A model generated the notes under the pieces. The model was not told where the DNA came from. It saw only the letters and a program-made list of their open reading frames with translations, and did not search any database. From contig CAVPHD010000004.1 in the NCBI GenBank assembly GCA_963704165.1, forward strand, positions 64,001 through 128,000: a stretch of 64,000 nt of DNA, read 5' to 3'. Shown here piece by piece: positions 30,365 through 40,043 of this stretch (the first letter of the stretch is position 1; every line of letters begins with the position of its first letter). This DNA comes from an uncultured delta proteobacterium (GTDB taxonomy: Bacteria; Myxococcota_A; UBA9160; SZUA-336). A program made the translations under genes and the position numbers.

Positions 30365-31447
30365 TCATTGGCCGAGCGAGAGCACGTAGCCGTGGTCGGG
30401 CCGGGCTCGGCCGTCGAGTGTCTCGCGCCAGACGCGTTCGACGTCGGCTCGGCCACGACCTTCGCGGACCTCGAGCCAGGCTTGTGAATCGCTGACGAAG
30501 TCGCGGAACGCCTCGCCCATCCGATCTTGAAGCGCCCGGCCACCCCAGTCGCGCGTGCGCTTCTCGATTCGCGAGGGCGCGAAGAAGAAGGCGGGTCGCG
30601 GTCCCGGCAGATCGCGCGCCCGCGGCTCGCTCTCCCAGTGGGTCGCACCGACGACGCAGCTGTGCGCGAGCTGCGCGCCGAAGTGGCGGTGCACGGCGCC
30701 CACCACCTCGCCGTCGTTCGCCATGTCGACGAAGACGGTCCGATCCGCGGCGTCGAGCGAGGGAATCTGCGCGTACGGCACGACGCGGTCGTAAGAACCG
30801 AGCTTCTCGACGAAGGCCGCGTTGCGCTCCGAGGTCAGCCCGACCACCTCGCAGCCGCCCGCGCGCGAGAGTACGAACGCGAGGCTGATCGCGGTCTTGC
30901 TCGAGGCGCTCGCGATCACGACCCGGCGCGCGTCGAAGAAACGCTCGTCGGCGAGGAAGTCCGCGAGCAGGAATCCCGTCATGAATAGCGGCTGGAGCAG
31001 CGCCTGACGGTCCTCGCCCGCCGGTTCGTAGCCGGGATCCGCGAGCACGCGGCGATACTGGTTGTAGACCGCGGGCAGGGACTTGCGGTGGGAGGCTCCG
31101 TCCACGAATCCGCCCGGTGTGATCGCTGCGGGCTGCACCACGAGGTGGCTCGACATCGGGAAGTAGCCGTACAGGCGCTCGTTCGTCGGGAGGTCTGCGT
31201 CATTCGAATCGATCACGTCGGCGAAGCCCCAGACCGGCACGCGTCCCCAGCCGGACTCTGCCGGGAAGAAGCTCCAATAGGAGAGGGCGTCGCCGCTGAC
31301 CGCATAGGTGACGTTGTTCGCGGTCAGCGCGAAGCGGTCGACGCGGACGAGGGCTTCGCCGGGCGCGAGCTCGGACAGCGGCTCCTCGGCGAAGCGCGTC
31401 CGTCGCAGGTCGTCCCGGCGCACTTCGAAGTGCAGGGCGTTCGGCAT
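30365..31447 (-). CDS. DUF2855 family protein
   Basis: FALTANNVTYA, VPVWGFA, YGYFPM, SASSKTA, FFFAP. Confidence 0.85.
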   Translation of the reverse strand: MPNALHFEVRRDDLRRTRFAEEPLSELAPGEALVRVDRFALTANNVTYAVSGDALSYWSFFPAESGWGRVPVWGFADVIDSNDADLPTNERLYGYFPMSSHLVVQPAAITPGGFVDGASHRKSLPAVYNQYRRVLADPGYEPAGEDRQALLQPLFMTGFLLADFLADERFFDARRVVIASASSKTAISLAFVLSRAGGCEVVGLTSERNAAFVEKLGSYDRVVPYAQIPSLDAADRTVFVDMANDGEVVGAVHRHFGAQLAHSCVVGATHWESEPRARDLPGPRPAFFFAPSRIEKRTRDWGGRALQDRMGEAFRDFVSDSQAWLEVREGRGRADVERVWRETLDGRARPDHGYVLSLGQ

Positions 31448-31520
31448 CTCGGCTCCTTGGGGGATCCGGCGTTCCCGAGTATGCGCGAACCGGGTAGAGT
31501 GGGGGTATGAGGAAGGTGGG

Positions 31521-32741
31521 GTGATCCAGAGGGCGCTCGCTTTCGCGCTGGCCGCGATTCTCTTTCCCCAGGCCAGCGCGCGTGCCGACTTCGTGCCGGA
31601 AGTGGTTGGCCAGGTGACGACGCTGCCGGCGCCGGGTCCGCACTGGATCTTCGTGTCGGACATGCTGCTGCGTCGCGCGGCGCTGCTCGATGCCGACACC
31701 GGCACGTTCCTCGGCATGCTCTCGTCCAATCTCGGTCCGATCGCACCGCTGGTGACGCCGACCGGCGGCGCCATCTACCTTCCCGAGACCTATTACAGCC
31801 GCGGCAGCCGGGGCGAACGCACGGACGTGCTGACGATCTACGATCCGAAGACGCTCGCACCGACGGGCGAAGTCGTGATCCCGCCCAAGCGCGCCGACAT
31901 CGTGCACGGCGCCGGGCTCTCCGGACTGCTCGACGACGGGCGCTTCGCCGTCGTCTTCAACCTGACGCCGGCGACGTCCGTCTCCGTCATCGACACCACG
32001 GAGCGTCGCTTCGCGGGCGAGATCGAGGTGGCTGGGTGCAGCCTCGTGTACGCCGCCGGAGATCGGCGCCTGGCCATGCTGTGTGCGGACGGGACGCTCC
32101 TGCTGATCACGCTCGACGAGCGTGGCGCCGAAGCCCGGCGCACGCGCAGCGCGGTCTTCTTCGATCCCGAGAAGGATCCGGTGATCGAGAAGCCGGTGCG
32201 GCGCGGCGCGAGCCTGTTCTTCGTCTCGTTCCAGGGCTACGTGCACGAGGCGGATCTCTCCGGTGATTCACCGCGCTTCGTCGAGCCGTGGTCGCTCTTC
32301 AGCGCTTCGGAACGCAATACGGGCTGGCAATTCGGCGGCTCGCAGCCGCTCGCGCTGCACGAAGCGACGGGGCGGCTCTACGCGCTGGTTCACCAGGGCG
32401 GACCGGACGAACACAAGGTGGCCGGCACGGAGATCGCCGTCTACGACGCAAGCCGACACGAGCGCGTGCAGACGATCGAGATCGGGAATCTCGTCGGCGC
32501 GTTTCTCGCGTCGCGCATGGAGCTCGCCGAGGGTGGCTGGGGGGCGTGGTTGCTCGAGACGATCGTGCCGAACGCCGGCGCCGACCGGATCGCGGTCACG
32601 CAGGATCCGGCGCCGCGACTCATTCTGGTGTCGGCCGACAGCGGGACGGTGGGCGTGCACGATGCCCTGTCGGGAGCGTTCCTGCGCAACATCAACGACG
32701 TCGGGCTCTTCCCCGGCGTGATCTCGGCGCCGTGGCGCTGA
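31521..32741 (+). CDS. mauB: TTQ amine dehydrogenase large (beta-propeller) subunit
   Basis: Signal peptide; ETYYSRGSRGERTDV, VFNLTPATSVSVID, GCSLVY, LCADG. Confidence 0.9.
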   Translation: MIQRALAFALAAILFPQASARADFVPEVVGQVTTLPAPGPHWIFVSDMLLRRAALLDADTGTFLGMLSSNLGPIAPLVTPTGGAIYLPETYYSRGSRGERTDVLTIYDPKTLAPTGEVVIPPKRADIVHGAGLSGLLDDGRFAVVFNLTPATSVSVIDTTERRFAGEIEVAGCSLVYAAGDRRLAMLCADGTLLLITLDERGAEARRTRSAVFFDPEKDPVIEKPVRRGASLFFVSFQGYVHEADLSGDSPRFVEPWSLFSASERNTGWQFGGSQPLALHEATGRLYALVHQGGPDEHKVAGTEIAVYDASRHERVQTIEIGNLVGAFLASRMELAEGGWGAWLLETIVPNAGADRIAVTQDPAPRLILVSADSGTVGVHDALSGAFLRNINDVGLFPGVISAPWR

Positions 32742-33268
32742 CCGTCGATCCCGCGCTCGCGCTCGCCGCGCGCCTGGGTCTCGCGCTGCTCTTCGCGAGC
32801 GCCGCGTGGCACAAGCTCCGCGACCTCGAGGTCTTCCGCACGGCGCTCGAAGGCTATCGGCTCGTTCCACGGCCGGCGGAAGGGGTTGCGGTCTTCGCGC
32901 TGATCGCGTGCGAGCTCGCGATCGCGGGAGCACTCGTGCGGTCGTCTCTCGGTGGGCTTCCGGCCGCATTGCTTCTCACGCTCTACACCGCCGCGATCGC
33001 TCTGAGTCTCGCGCGCGGTCTGCGCGAGATCGATTGCGGCTGCTTCGGGCCGGCCGCACGCCAGCCGCTCTCGGCCGGCCTGGTCGTCCGCAACCTGGGG
33101 ATGATCGCCCTGGCCCTCGTCTGCACGCTGCCCGCCGGGCCGCGCACGCTGATCTGGCTCGACGTCGTCTCGATCGGCGCCGCCGTCGGGCTCGGCGCAA
33201 TCCTGTACGGCACCGCGAACACCTTGCTCGCGAACGCGCCGCGCCTGCGCGCGCTGCGGGGCGCTTGA
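32732..33268 (+). CDS. mauE: Amine dehydrogenase accessory membrane protein MauE
   Basis: AAWHKLRD, RGLREIDCGCFG, VRN; position between mauB and mauD. Confidence 0.9.
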   Translation: MALTVDPALALAARLGLALLFASAAWHKLRDLEVFRTALEGYRLVPRPAEGVAVFALIACELAIAGALVRSSLGGLPAALLLTLYTAAIALSLARGLREIDCGCFGPAARQPLSAGLVVRNLGMIALALVCTLPAGPRTLIWLDVVSIGAAVGLGAILYGTANTLLANAPRLRALRGA

Positions 33269-33873
33269 TGGAACAGGCGCTCTTGATCTCGAACGTGCTG
33301 CTCTGGATCGCGGTGCTCGCGCTCGCCGCGCTCGTCTTCGCGCTCGTCCGCCAGATCGGCATCCTGTACGAGCGCGTCGCACCGGCCGGTGCGCTGATGC
33401 TCGCAGGTGGCCCGAAGGTGGGCGAGGCGGCGCCGCATTTCCACCTCGACGACGTTCTCGGCCGCACGGTCTCGCTCGGCGGCGATGATCCCGAGCGACG
33501 CTCGACGCTGCTTTTCTTCGTCTCGCCGACCTGCCCGGTCTGCAAGACGCTCCTGCCCGTGGCGAAGTCGCTCGCTTCTCGCGAGTCGGATCACGTGCGG
33601 CTCGTGTTCGCCAGCGATGGGCACGCGGACGATCACGAAGCGTTCGTGCGCAAGCACGGGCTCGACGCCTGGCCCTACGTCGTCTCGACCGAGCTCGGGT
33701 TGGCGCACCAGGTCGGCAAGCTCCCGCACGCGGTTCTCTGGGACTCGCGCGGGATCGTGCGCGCGAAGGGCCTCGTGAACTCGCGCGAGCATCTGGAGAG
33801 CCTGTTCGAGGCGATGGATCGCGGTGTGGCCTCGATCCAGGAATACCTTTCGAGATCGGGAGGATCGCGATGA
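33268..33873 (+). CDS. mauD: Amine dehydrogenase accessory thioredoxin-like protein MauD
   Basis: LVRQIGILYERVAPAGAL, SPTCPVCK, KGLVNSREHLESL. Confidence 0.93.
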   Translation: MEQALLISNVLLWIAVLALAALVFALVRQIGILYERVAPAGALMLAGGPKVGEAAPHFHLDDVLGRTVSLGGDDPERRSTLLFFVSPTCPVCKTLLPVAKSLASRESDHVRLVFASDGHADDHEAFVRKHGLDAWPYVVSTELGLAHQVGKLPHAVLWDSRGIVRAKGLVNSREHLESLFEAMDRGVASIQEYLSRSGGSR

Positions 33874-34418
33874 GCTGGCTCGACTCGACACTCGAGCGTT
33901 CCGCGCGCAGGGCCGCACGCAGCATCTCGCGGCGGAGCTTCCTCGCGCGACTGGGCTCGGCGCTGGTCGGTGGAGCGGCGCTGCCGCTGCTTCCAGTCTC
34001 GCGGGCGCACGCGGACTCCGGCGAGTCTGCGCGCGTGCCCGCACCGACCGACGCGGGCATCACGGGAGCGCTCGGAGATCCGGCGAGCTGCGAGTACTGG
34101 CGGCACTGCGCGATCGACGGCTTTCTCTGCAGTTGCTGCGGCGGAAGCCAGACCTCGTGCCCGCCGGGTACGCAGATGTCGCCCGTGACCTGGATCGGCA
34201 CGTGTCGGAACCCGGCCGACGGCAAGGACTACGTGATCAGCTACAACGACTGTTGTGGGAAGGACTACTGCGGCCGCTGCATCTGCAACCGCAACGAGGG
34301 CGACAAGCCCGCCTACATCACGCCGCGATCGAACGACATCAATTGGTGTCTCGCGGCCGAGAGCACCGTCTACAACTGCTCGACCGCGATCGTGATCGGA
34401 ATGGCGACGGAGCGCTGA
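33870..34418 (+). CDS. mauA: TTQ amine dehydrogenase small subunit (AADH/MADH light chain)
   Basis: Tat motif SRRSFL; CEYWRHCAIDGFLCSCCGG; both TTQ Trp residues (TWIGTC, DINWC); DCCGK. Confidence 0.95.
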   Translation: MSWLDSTLERSARRAARSISRRSFLARLGSALVGGAALPLLPVSRAHADSGESARVPAPTDAGITGALGDPASCEYWRHCAIDGFLCSCCGGSQTSCPPGTQMSPVTWIGTCRNPADGKDYVISYNDCCGKDYCGRCICNRNEGDKPAYITPRSNDINWCLAAESTVYNCSTAIVIGMATER

Positions 34419-34425
34419 CGCCGAC

Positions 34426-35679
34426 TCACAGGTGGTAGCCTTCCTCGCCGTGGACGGCGATGTCGAGTCCCCGACGCTCGTCGGTTTCCCCGACACGCAG
34501 GCCGGTCAGCGCCATGACCACGCGCAGGATCACCCATGTGATCGCGACCGTGTAGACGACCGCGAAGCTGGCGACGCCGAGCTGAATGCCGAGCTGTCGG
34601 CCGATGGCGAGCCCGACCTGGTTCCCACCGAACACGTCCGAGGCGAAGATCGCGACCAGCACGGTGCCGAGGAAGCCACCGACGCCGTGCACGCCGAAGA
34701 CGTCGAGTGAGTCGTCGTAGCCGAAGCGCCGCTTGACCGCGGTCGACGCGTACCAGCAGACCGCGCCGGACGCCGAGCCGATCGCGAGTGCACCGACCGG
34801 ACCGACGAAGCCCGAGGCCGGAGTCACCGCCGCGAGCCCCGCGACCGCGCCCGTCGCGAGTCCGAGCACCGACGGGCGCCCGTAGCGCACCCACTCGATC
34901 GCCATCCAGACCAGTGCCGCCGCCGATGCGGAGACGTGCGTCGCGACGAGCGCCGTCGCCGCGGTGCCGTTCGCGGCGAGCGCGCTGCCGGCGTTGAATC
35001 CGAACCAGCCCACCCAGAGCATGCCCGTTCCCGTCAGGGTCATCGTCAAGTTGTGGGGAGGCATGGCGGTGCGCGGGTAGCCGTTGCGTGGGCCGATCAC
35101 GATGCACGCGACCAGCGCCGCGATTCCCGCGGTGATGTGCACGACGATACCGCCCGCGAAGTCGAAGACGCCGATGTCGGCGAAGAGCGCGCCCTGACCA
35201 CCCCAGACCATGTGACAGATCGGGAGGTACACGAGGATCAGCCAGGCACCGCTGAAGAGCAGGAGAGCCGCGAAGTTCATCCGTTCGGCGAACGCGCCGA
35301 CGATCAGCGCGGGTGTGATGATCGCGAAGGTGAGCTGATAGGCGAAGAAGAGCGGTTCCGGAATCGTGCCCCAGAGCGTTTCGGCGCCGATCCCGGCCAG
35401 GAACGCCTTCGACAGCCCTCCGACGAACGAGTGCAGGCCGATCGCGCCCTTCTCGTACCCGGTCGGCTCGAACGCGACGCTGTAGCCGAAGGCGAGCCAG
35501 AGGATCGTCACCAACGCGGTGATCGCGAAGCACTGCATCAGCACCGAGAGCACGTTCTGCGTGCGGACCAGCCCGCCGTAGAAGAGCGCGAGCCCCGGCA
35601 GGGTCATGAAGAGCACCAGGGCCGTGGACGTAAGGATCCACGCGGTGCTTCCGGTATCGAGCGCAGTCAGGCTTTCCAT
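34426..35679 (-). CDS. amtB: Ammonium transporter Amt
   Basis: PGLALFYGG, FAIITPALI, DFAGG.VVH, GWFGFNAGS, DDSLDVFGVHG. Confidence 0.97.
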   Translation of the reverse strand: MESLTALDTGSTAWILTSTALVLFMTLPGLALFYGGLVRTQNVLSVLMQCFAITALVTILWLAFGYSVAFEPTGYEKGAIGLHSFVGGLSKAFLAGIGAETLWGTIPEPLFFAYQLTFAIITPALIVGAFAERMNFAALLLFSGAWLILVYLPICHMVWGGQGALFADIGVFDFAGGIVVHITAGIAALVACIVIGPRNGYPRTAMPPHNLTMTLTGTGMLWVGWFGFNAGSALAANGTAATALVATHVSASAAALVWMAIEWVRYGRPSVLGLATGAVAGLAAVTPASGFVGPVGALAIGSASGAVCWYASTAVKRRFGYDDSLDVFGVHGVGGFLGTVLVAIFASDVFGGNQVGLAIGRQLGIQLGVASFAVVYTVAITWVILRVVMALTGLRVGETDERRGLDIAVHGEEGYHL

Positions 35680-35833
35680 GGATCGGACTCCCCTCCGGCC
35701 GCGCGCCTTTATACACTGCCGCGGAGCGGTCCGTCCCGAGAACTCGCGATCTGCCCATTCCGCCGGCTGGTTCTTCCGAGGTCGCGGTCGCGTGTCCTTG
35801 CCGCGCCCGTCGGGCGCGCGTAACGTCCGATCG

Positions 35834-36598
35834 ATGGCACGAGCGGAGAGGCGCGCGGCGATGCCGATCTCCGGAGCTCTACCCCCGGCGAGCGGCGTCC
35901 CGCCGATCGAGCCCGGGTCGCCGCGGAACGCGATCATCCTCGCCGCTCTGGTCGTGACCTGCGTCGCGGTCGTCTATCTCTCGCCGCTCCGCGAGTATGT
36001 GGACGAGATCGAGAGCGGTGTGCGCTCGGAGTGGCTTCACGAGCTTCGCACCCGTGCCGACGCCGCTGGAGTCGCGGCCGCGATCACCTTCATCAGCGGC
36101 GGATCGGTCGGAGTGGCGGTGGGAATCCCGCGCCTCGCGGTGGCCTTCGTCGCCGGGGCGGTCTTCGGGTGGATCGAAGGAACCGTCCTCGCGCAGATCG
36201 CCACGATCCTCGGCTGCTGGGCGACCTTTGCGATCGGCCGGGGGCTCGGTCACGGCTGGGTCGACGGGATCGTCGCGCGTCGGTTGCCGCGCGCGAAGGC
36301 GCTGCTCGACTTCATATCGCGCAACGAGTTCGTCGCGAATCTCGTCCTCCGACTCACCCCGGTCGGTAATTCGTTCGCGACCAATCTGCTCTTCTCCGTC
36401 AGCTCCGCATCACCGCGGACGTTCCTCGCGGCGACGTTTCTGGGCGCGTTCCCGGGAACCGCGGTTGCCGCCCTGCTCGGGAGTGCGGCAAAGGGAACCG
36501 AGCTCGCATCCCGGCTCGTCGGCGGCACTCTCTCCCTCGTCGCGATCAGCGTCGGCGCCGCCTGGTGGATCCGGCATCTTCGGGGCCGAGAGGGCTGA
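35834..36598 (+). CDS. VTT/DedA (TVP38/TMEM64) family membrane protein
   Basis: AGAVFGWIEG, LRLTP..., FLAATFLG.FP. Confidence 0.85.
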   Translation: MARAERRAAMPISGALPPASGVPPIEPGSPRNAIILAALVVTCVAVVYLSPLREYVDEIESGVRSEWLHELRTRADAAGVAAAITFISGGSVGVAVGIPRLAVAFVAGAVFGWIEGTVLAQIATILGCWATFAIGRGLGHGWVDGIVARRLPRAKALLDFISRNEFVANLVLRLTPVGNSFATNLLFSVSSASPRTFLAATFLGAFPGTAVAALLGSAAKGTELASRLVGGTLSLVAISVGAAWWIRHLRGREG

Positions 36599-38038
36599 TT
36601 GGAGACGACGCGATCGCGCGCGAATCGGGTGCTCGAAAAGAGTCGCTTCGTCCTCGCCTCGATCGCCTTGCTCACGCCCTGCTTCTGGCAGTCGCGGATT
36701 CAGGCGGGGGATCTTGCGAGTCACTCGTACAACGCCTGGCTGGCGGAGCGGATCGCGAGCGGCGGGGCGCCGGGCCTTCGCATCGTCGGCCAGACCACCA
36801 ACGTCCTCTTCGACCTGATCCTCGGTGTGCTCTCGCGCGGCGTTGGCTCCGGTGCGGCCGAGCGTGTCTCGGTTGCGCTCGCCGTGCTGACGTTCGCGTG
36901 GGGCGCGTTCGCCTTCGTCTCGACCGTTTCCGGGCGCCGCGCGTGGAACCTCTTTCCGTGCATCGCGATGCTGGCGTATGGCTGGGTCTTTCACATCGGG
37001 TTCTTCAACTTCTATCTCGGACTCGGGCTCTCCCTCTGGGCGCTCGCACTGAGCTGGAGCTTCGCGCCCGTTCGCGTGGCCGCCGCTCTGCCGATCCTGG
37101 CGCTCGCCTGGCTCGCGCACGCGCTGCCCGTCGTCTGGGCGATCGCGCTCTTCGCGTTCGCATTTCTCTGGCAGCGTCTTCCAGCGCGACTTCGTCCGTT
37201 CGCAGCCTGCGCGGCGATCGCGCTTCTCGTCTTCGCGAGCGCGCTGATCTCGCAGCGCTTCCCGTCGAGGTGGTCGCTCGGACAGGCCGCGCTGATGACG
37301 GGTGCGGATCAGCTTCGGGTCTTCGACCGCAAGTACGACCTGCTCGCGCTCGCGCTCTTCGCGGTCTGGAGCGTCGCGATCACGAGGTCGATCCGAACCG
37401 ACGGGCCTCGTCGGGTCTTCTCGGGCCTCGATCTCCAGCTCTTTCTCCTGTGCGCGGCGGCTGTCTTCGTCGTCCCCGGCAAGATCCAGCTTCCCGGCTA
37501 CGGACACGCGCTCGTCTTCATCGCAGAGCGCATGTCACTCACCGCGGCCGTTTTGGCCTGTGCGGTCGTGGCGCGGCTGGGTCGGGGAAGTTCGGGACTC
37601 CTGTTCACGGGCATCGCCGTGGTCTTCTTCGCGTTTCTCTACCGCGACGAGCGCATCCTGAATCAGTTCGAGGATCAGCTCGTCGCGATCGTCGAACGCA
37701 TCCCGGCCGGGCAGCGCGTCGTCCTCGGTGTCCGGGATCCGACTCTGCGCGTGAACGCGCTCGCACACACGATCGATCGGGCCTGCATCGGCCGTTGCTT
37801 CAGCTATGCGAACTACGAGGCGTCGACGTCGCAGTTCCGCATCCGCGCCGACGCGCCGAACCCGATCGTGATCTCCGACTACGCGGGTTCCTCTGCGCTG
37901 CAGAACGGCGGCTATCGGGTGCGCGAGCGCGACCTGCCGCTCTTCGAGATCGCGTTCGCGCCGGACGGCGGGTTCGAAGCGCGCAGGCTCGCAGCCGGCA
38001 CTCGGACGAGAGTGGCGCAAGTCGAGATTCTCCGATGA
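36599..38038 (+). CDS. Polytopic membrane protein, possibly GT-C-like
   Basis: More than 10 TM segments; GDLASH.YN in the first loop, HIGFFNFYLG; C-terminal soluble domain. Confidence 0.7.
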   Translation: METTRSRANRVLEKSRFVLASIALLTPCFWQSRIQAGDLASHSYNAWLAERIASGGAPGLRIVGQTTNVLFDLILGVLSRGVGSGAAERVSVALAVLTFAWGAFAFVSTVSGRRAWNLFPCIAMLAYGWVFHIGFFNFYLGLGLSLWALALSWSFAPVRVAAALPILALAWLAHALPVVWAIALFAFAFLWQRLPARLRPFAACAAIALLVFASALISQRFPSRWSLGQAALMTGADQLRVFDRKYDLLALALFAVWSVAITRSIRTDGPRRVFSGLDLQLFLLCAAAVFVVPGKIQLPGYGHALVFIAERMSLTAAVLACAVVARLGRGSSGLLFTGIAVVFFAFLYRDERILNQFEDQLVAIVERIPAGQRVVLGVRDPTLRVNALAHTIDRACIGRCFSYANYEASTSQFRIRADAPNPIVISDYAGSSALQNGGYRVRERDLPLFEIAFAPDGGFEARRLAAGTRTRVAQVEILR

Positions 38039-38112
38039 CTGGCGAGCGAGCGGCGCCGGCGCGCGGGTCGCTACGTTTGCCCCTGCTATAGTTCGAACGA
38101 GGGAGTCTCAGC

Positions 38113-38895
38113 ATGTCACGTGTGCGAAGGCTGCTCGTGCAAGCGCTTCGCGACGTCTCGTTCGTTCCGCGCGGAACGACTCGCGGCGTCTTCATCCTCG
38201 GCATGCACCGGAGCGGGACCTCCGCACTGACCGGCATGCTCGCCGATCACGGTCTGACTCTCGTGGACGGCGCGGAAAGCAATCCGCTCGACGTCTCGGC
38301 GGCGAATCCGCGTGGAAATCTCGAGGATCGACGCTTCCGCGACGTGAACGAGGGACTTCTGATCGCGAATGGCGGATCGTGGGATCGCCCGCAGCCGATT
38401 CGCCGCATCCCCTGGATCTTTCGGGTCCGGGCCCGACAGATCGAGAACCAGCTGACGCAGATGCCCGCTCGCTGGGGGATGAAGGATCCCCGCACGCTTC
38501 TGTGTTGGGAGCTCTGGCGGGACGCCGACGCCGACCGCGTCGGCACCATTCGCCATCCGGCCAACGTGATCGAATCGCTCCGCAAACGACATCCCGAACG
38601 CCATTCCACCGAGGTGTGGGAGCAGACGTGGTGCGTGTACAATCGGGCCCTCGTGGACCTCTATCGTGAGCGGCCGTTTCCGATCGTGGATTTCGACTGG
38701 CCCGTCGATCGCTATCGGCGCGTCGTCGACGAGCTTGCGCGTTCGCTCGATCTGCGCGGGAACGGTGGCGGATTCTTCGACACGGAGTTCCGACGCCACG
38801 TCGGTCGCGGCGAGGTGCGTGATCCGGCGGTTCGAAAGCTGCACGAGCAGCTGGTCGAGATCGCAGAGGTCGAGGCGGAGAAACTCACGCGGTGA
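38113..38895 (+). CDS. Sulfotransferase family protein
   Basis: FILGMHRSGTSAL 5'-PSB loop, NPRG, WGMKDPR, IRHP..V..SL. Confidence 0.85.
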   Translation: MSRVRRLLVQALRDVSFVPRGTTRGVFILGMHRSGTSALTGMLADHGLTLVDGAESNPLDVSAANPRGNLEDRRFRDVNEGLLIANGGSWDRPQPIRRIPWIFRVRARQIENQLTQMPARWGMKDPRTLLCWELWRDADADRVGTIRHPANVIESLRKRHPERHSTEVWEQTWCVYNRALVDLYRERPFPIVDFDWPVDRYRRVVDELARSLDLRGNGGGFFDTEFRRHVGRGEVRDPAVRKLHEQLVEIAEVEAEKLTR

Positions 38896-40043
38896 ATCAC
38901 GAGACCAAGAGTGATTGGCCGGAGCCAGGGCAGAAGGTTCGGCGGAAGCTGCGTGTGCTCTACGTCATGGCGCAGCTCCGGCCGTCTTCGAACATCGGTG
39001 GAATGGGGCGCGTGGCGTGGGGCGCGGCGCGCGCGCTGGTTCGCCGCGGGCACGACCTTCACTTCACGGGGCCGCCCGCCGGCATCGAGCTCGGTGAGCT
39101 TCGGCCGGAGCCCGGCATCGAGCTCCATCCGTGTCCGTCGGGCGGGCGTCTCGTCCACCTTGCCGCGCTGCTGCGCATCCAGCACCGGATCCGCGCCGAC
39201 GTCATCCACTTCCACTCGTCGCTGCCGCACGGCGAGCTTCTGGTTCCGCTTCGTCTTCTGCGCGCGTTCCTCGGGAATCCGCGACTCATCGTGACTCCCC
39301 ACACGGCCGCACGCTCGGACTATCCGAAGCTCCGGGCGAAGAGCGGGCTCCTCGGTGCGGATGGAGTCGTCACCGTGTCGCGTTGGAGCGCCGATGCTGC
39401 GATCCGCGCCGGCGCGCGCGCCGAGCGTTGCTTCGTCGTGCACGCGGGCATCGATCCCGTTCCCGGTCTTTCGACCAAGCGCCTGCCCGTCGTGGTCGCG
39501 CTCGGCCGACTGAAACGTGTCAAGGGATTCGACGTCTTGATCGAAGCCTTCGACCGCGCGGCCGCGGGGCGGCCCGAATGGAGGCTTCGCATCGGCGGTG
39601 AAGGCGAGGAACGCGAAAGACTCACGGCGCAGGCGCGCGCCGCTCGCGCGGCCGATCGGATCGAGATCCTCGGCGGGGTCTACGGCGAAGCGAAGCAGCG
39701 TCTGCTCGGTGAAGCGGCGATCGGTGTCGTGCCGTCGCGCGCGGAGAACTTCCCGGGGACGTTGCTCGAGTTCCAGGCGCACGGCCTCGCCTGCATCGGG
39801 AGCGAAGTCGGGGGCATTCCGGAGCTGGCGCGTGGCGGCGCCGCAGCGCTCGTTCCCGCGGGAAGTCCCGATCCGCTGGTCGAGAAGCTCTCGGAGCTGA
39901 TGGACGACGCGGACCTGCGCAGCGAGATGGGTCGAGCCGCCGAGCGTCTCGCCGCGGTGCTCGAATGGGACGCGATCGGAGCGCAGCTCGAGCGCGCGTA
40001 CTTCGCGATCCTCGACGCGGCGAAGGGAGTCCGACCCACGTGA
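38892..40043 (+). CDS. Glycosyltransferase family 4
   Basis: LGRLKRVKG.D.LI.A, PSRAENFPGTLLE, VGGIPE. Confidence 0.92.
   Translation: MNHETKSDWPEPGQKVRRKLRVLYVMAQLRPSSNIGGMGRVAWGAARALVRRGHDLHFTGPPAGIELGELRPEPGIELHPCPSGGRLVHLAALLRIQHRIRADVIHFHSSLPHGELLVPLRLLRAFLGNPRLIVTPHTAARSDYPKLRAKSGLLGADGVVTVSRWSADAAIRAGARAERCFVVHAGIDPVPGLSTKRLPVVVALGRLKRVKGFDVLIEAFDRAAAGRPEWRLRIGGEGEERERLTAQARAARAADRIEILGGVYGEAKQRLLGEAAIGVVPSRAENFPGTLLEFQAHGLACIGSEVGGIPELARGGAAALVPAGSPDPLVEKLSELMDDADLRSEMGRAAERLAAVLEWDAIGAQLERAYFAILDAAKGVRPT

Noticed and set aside
31521..34418. Evidence for methylotrophy
   Set aside because: The light chain looks AADH-like and no C1 pathway genes are in the window; the substrate cannot be assigned.
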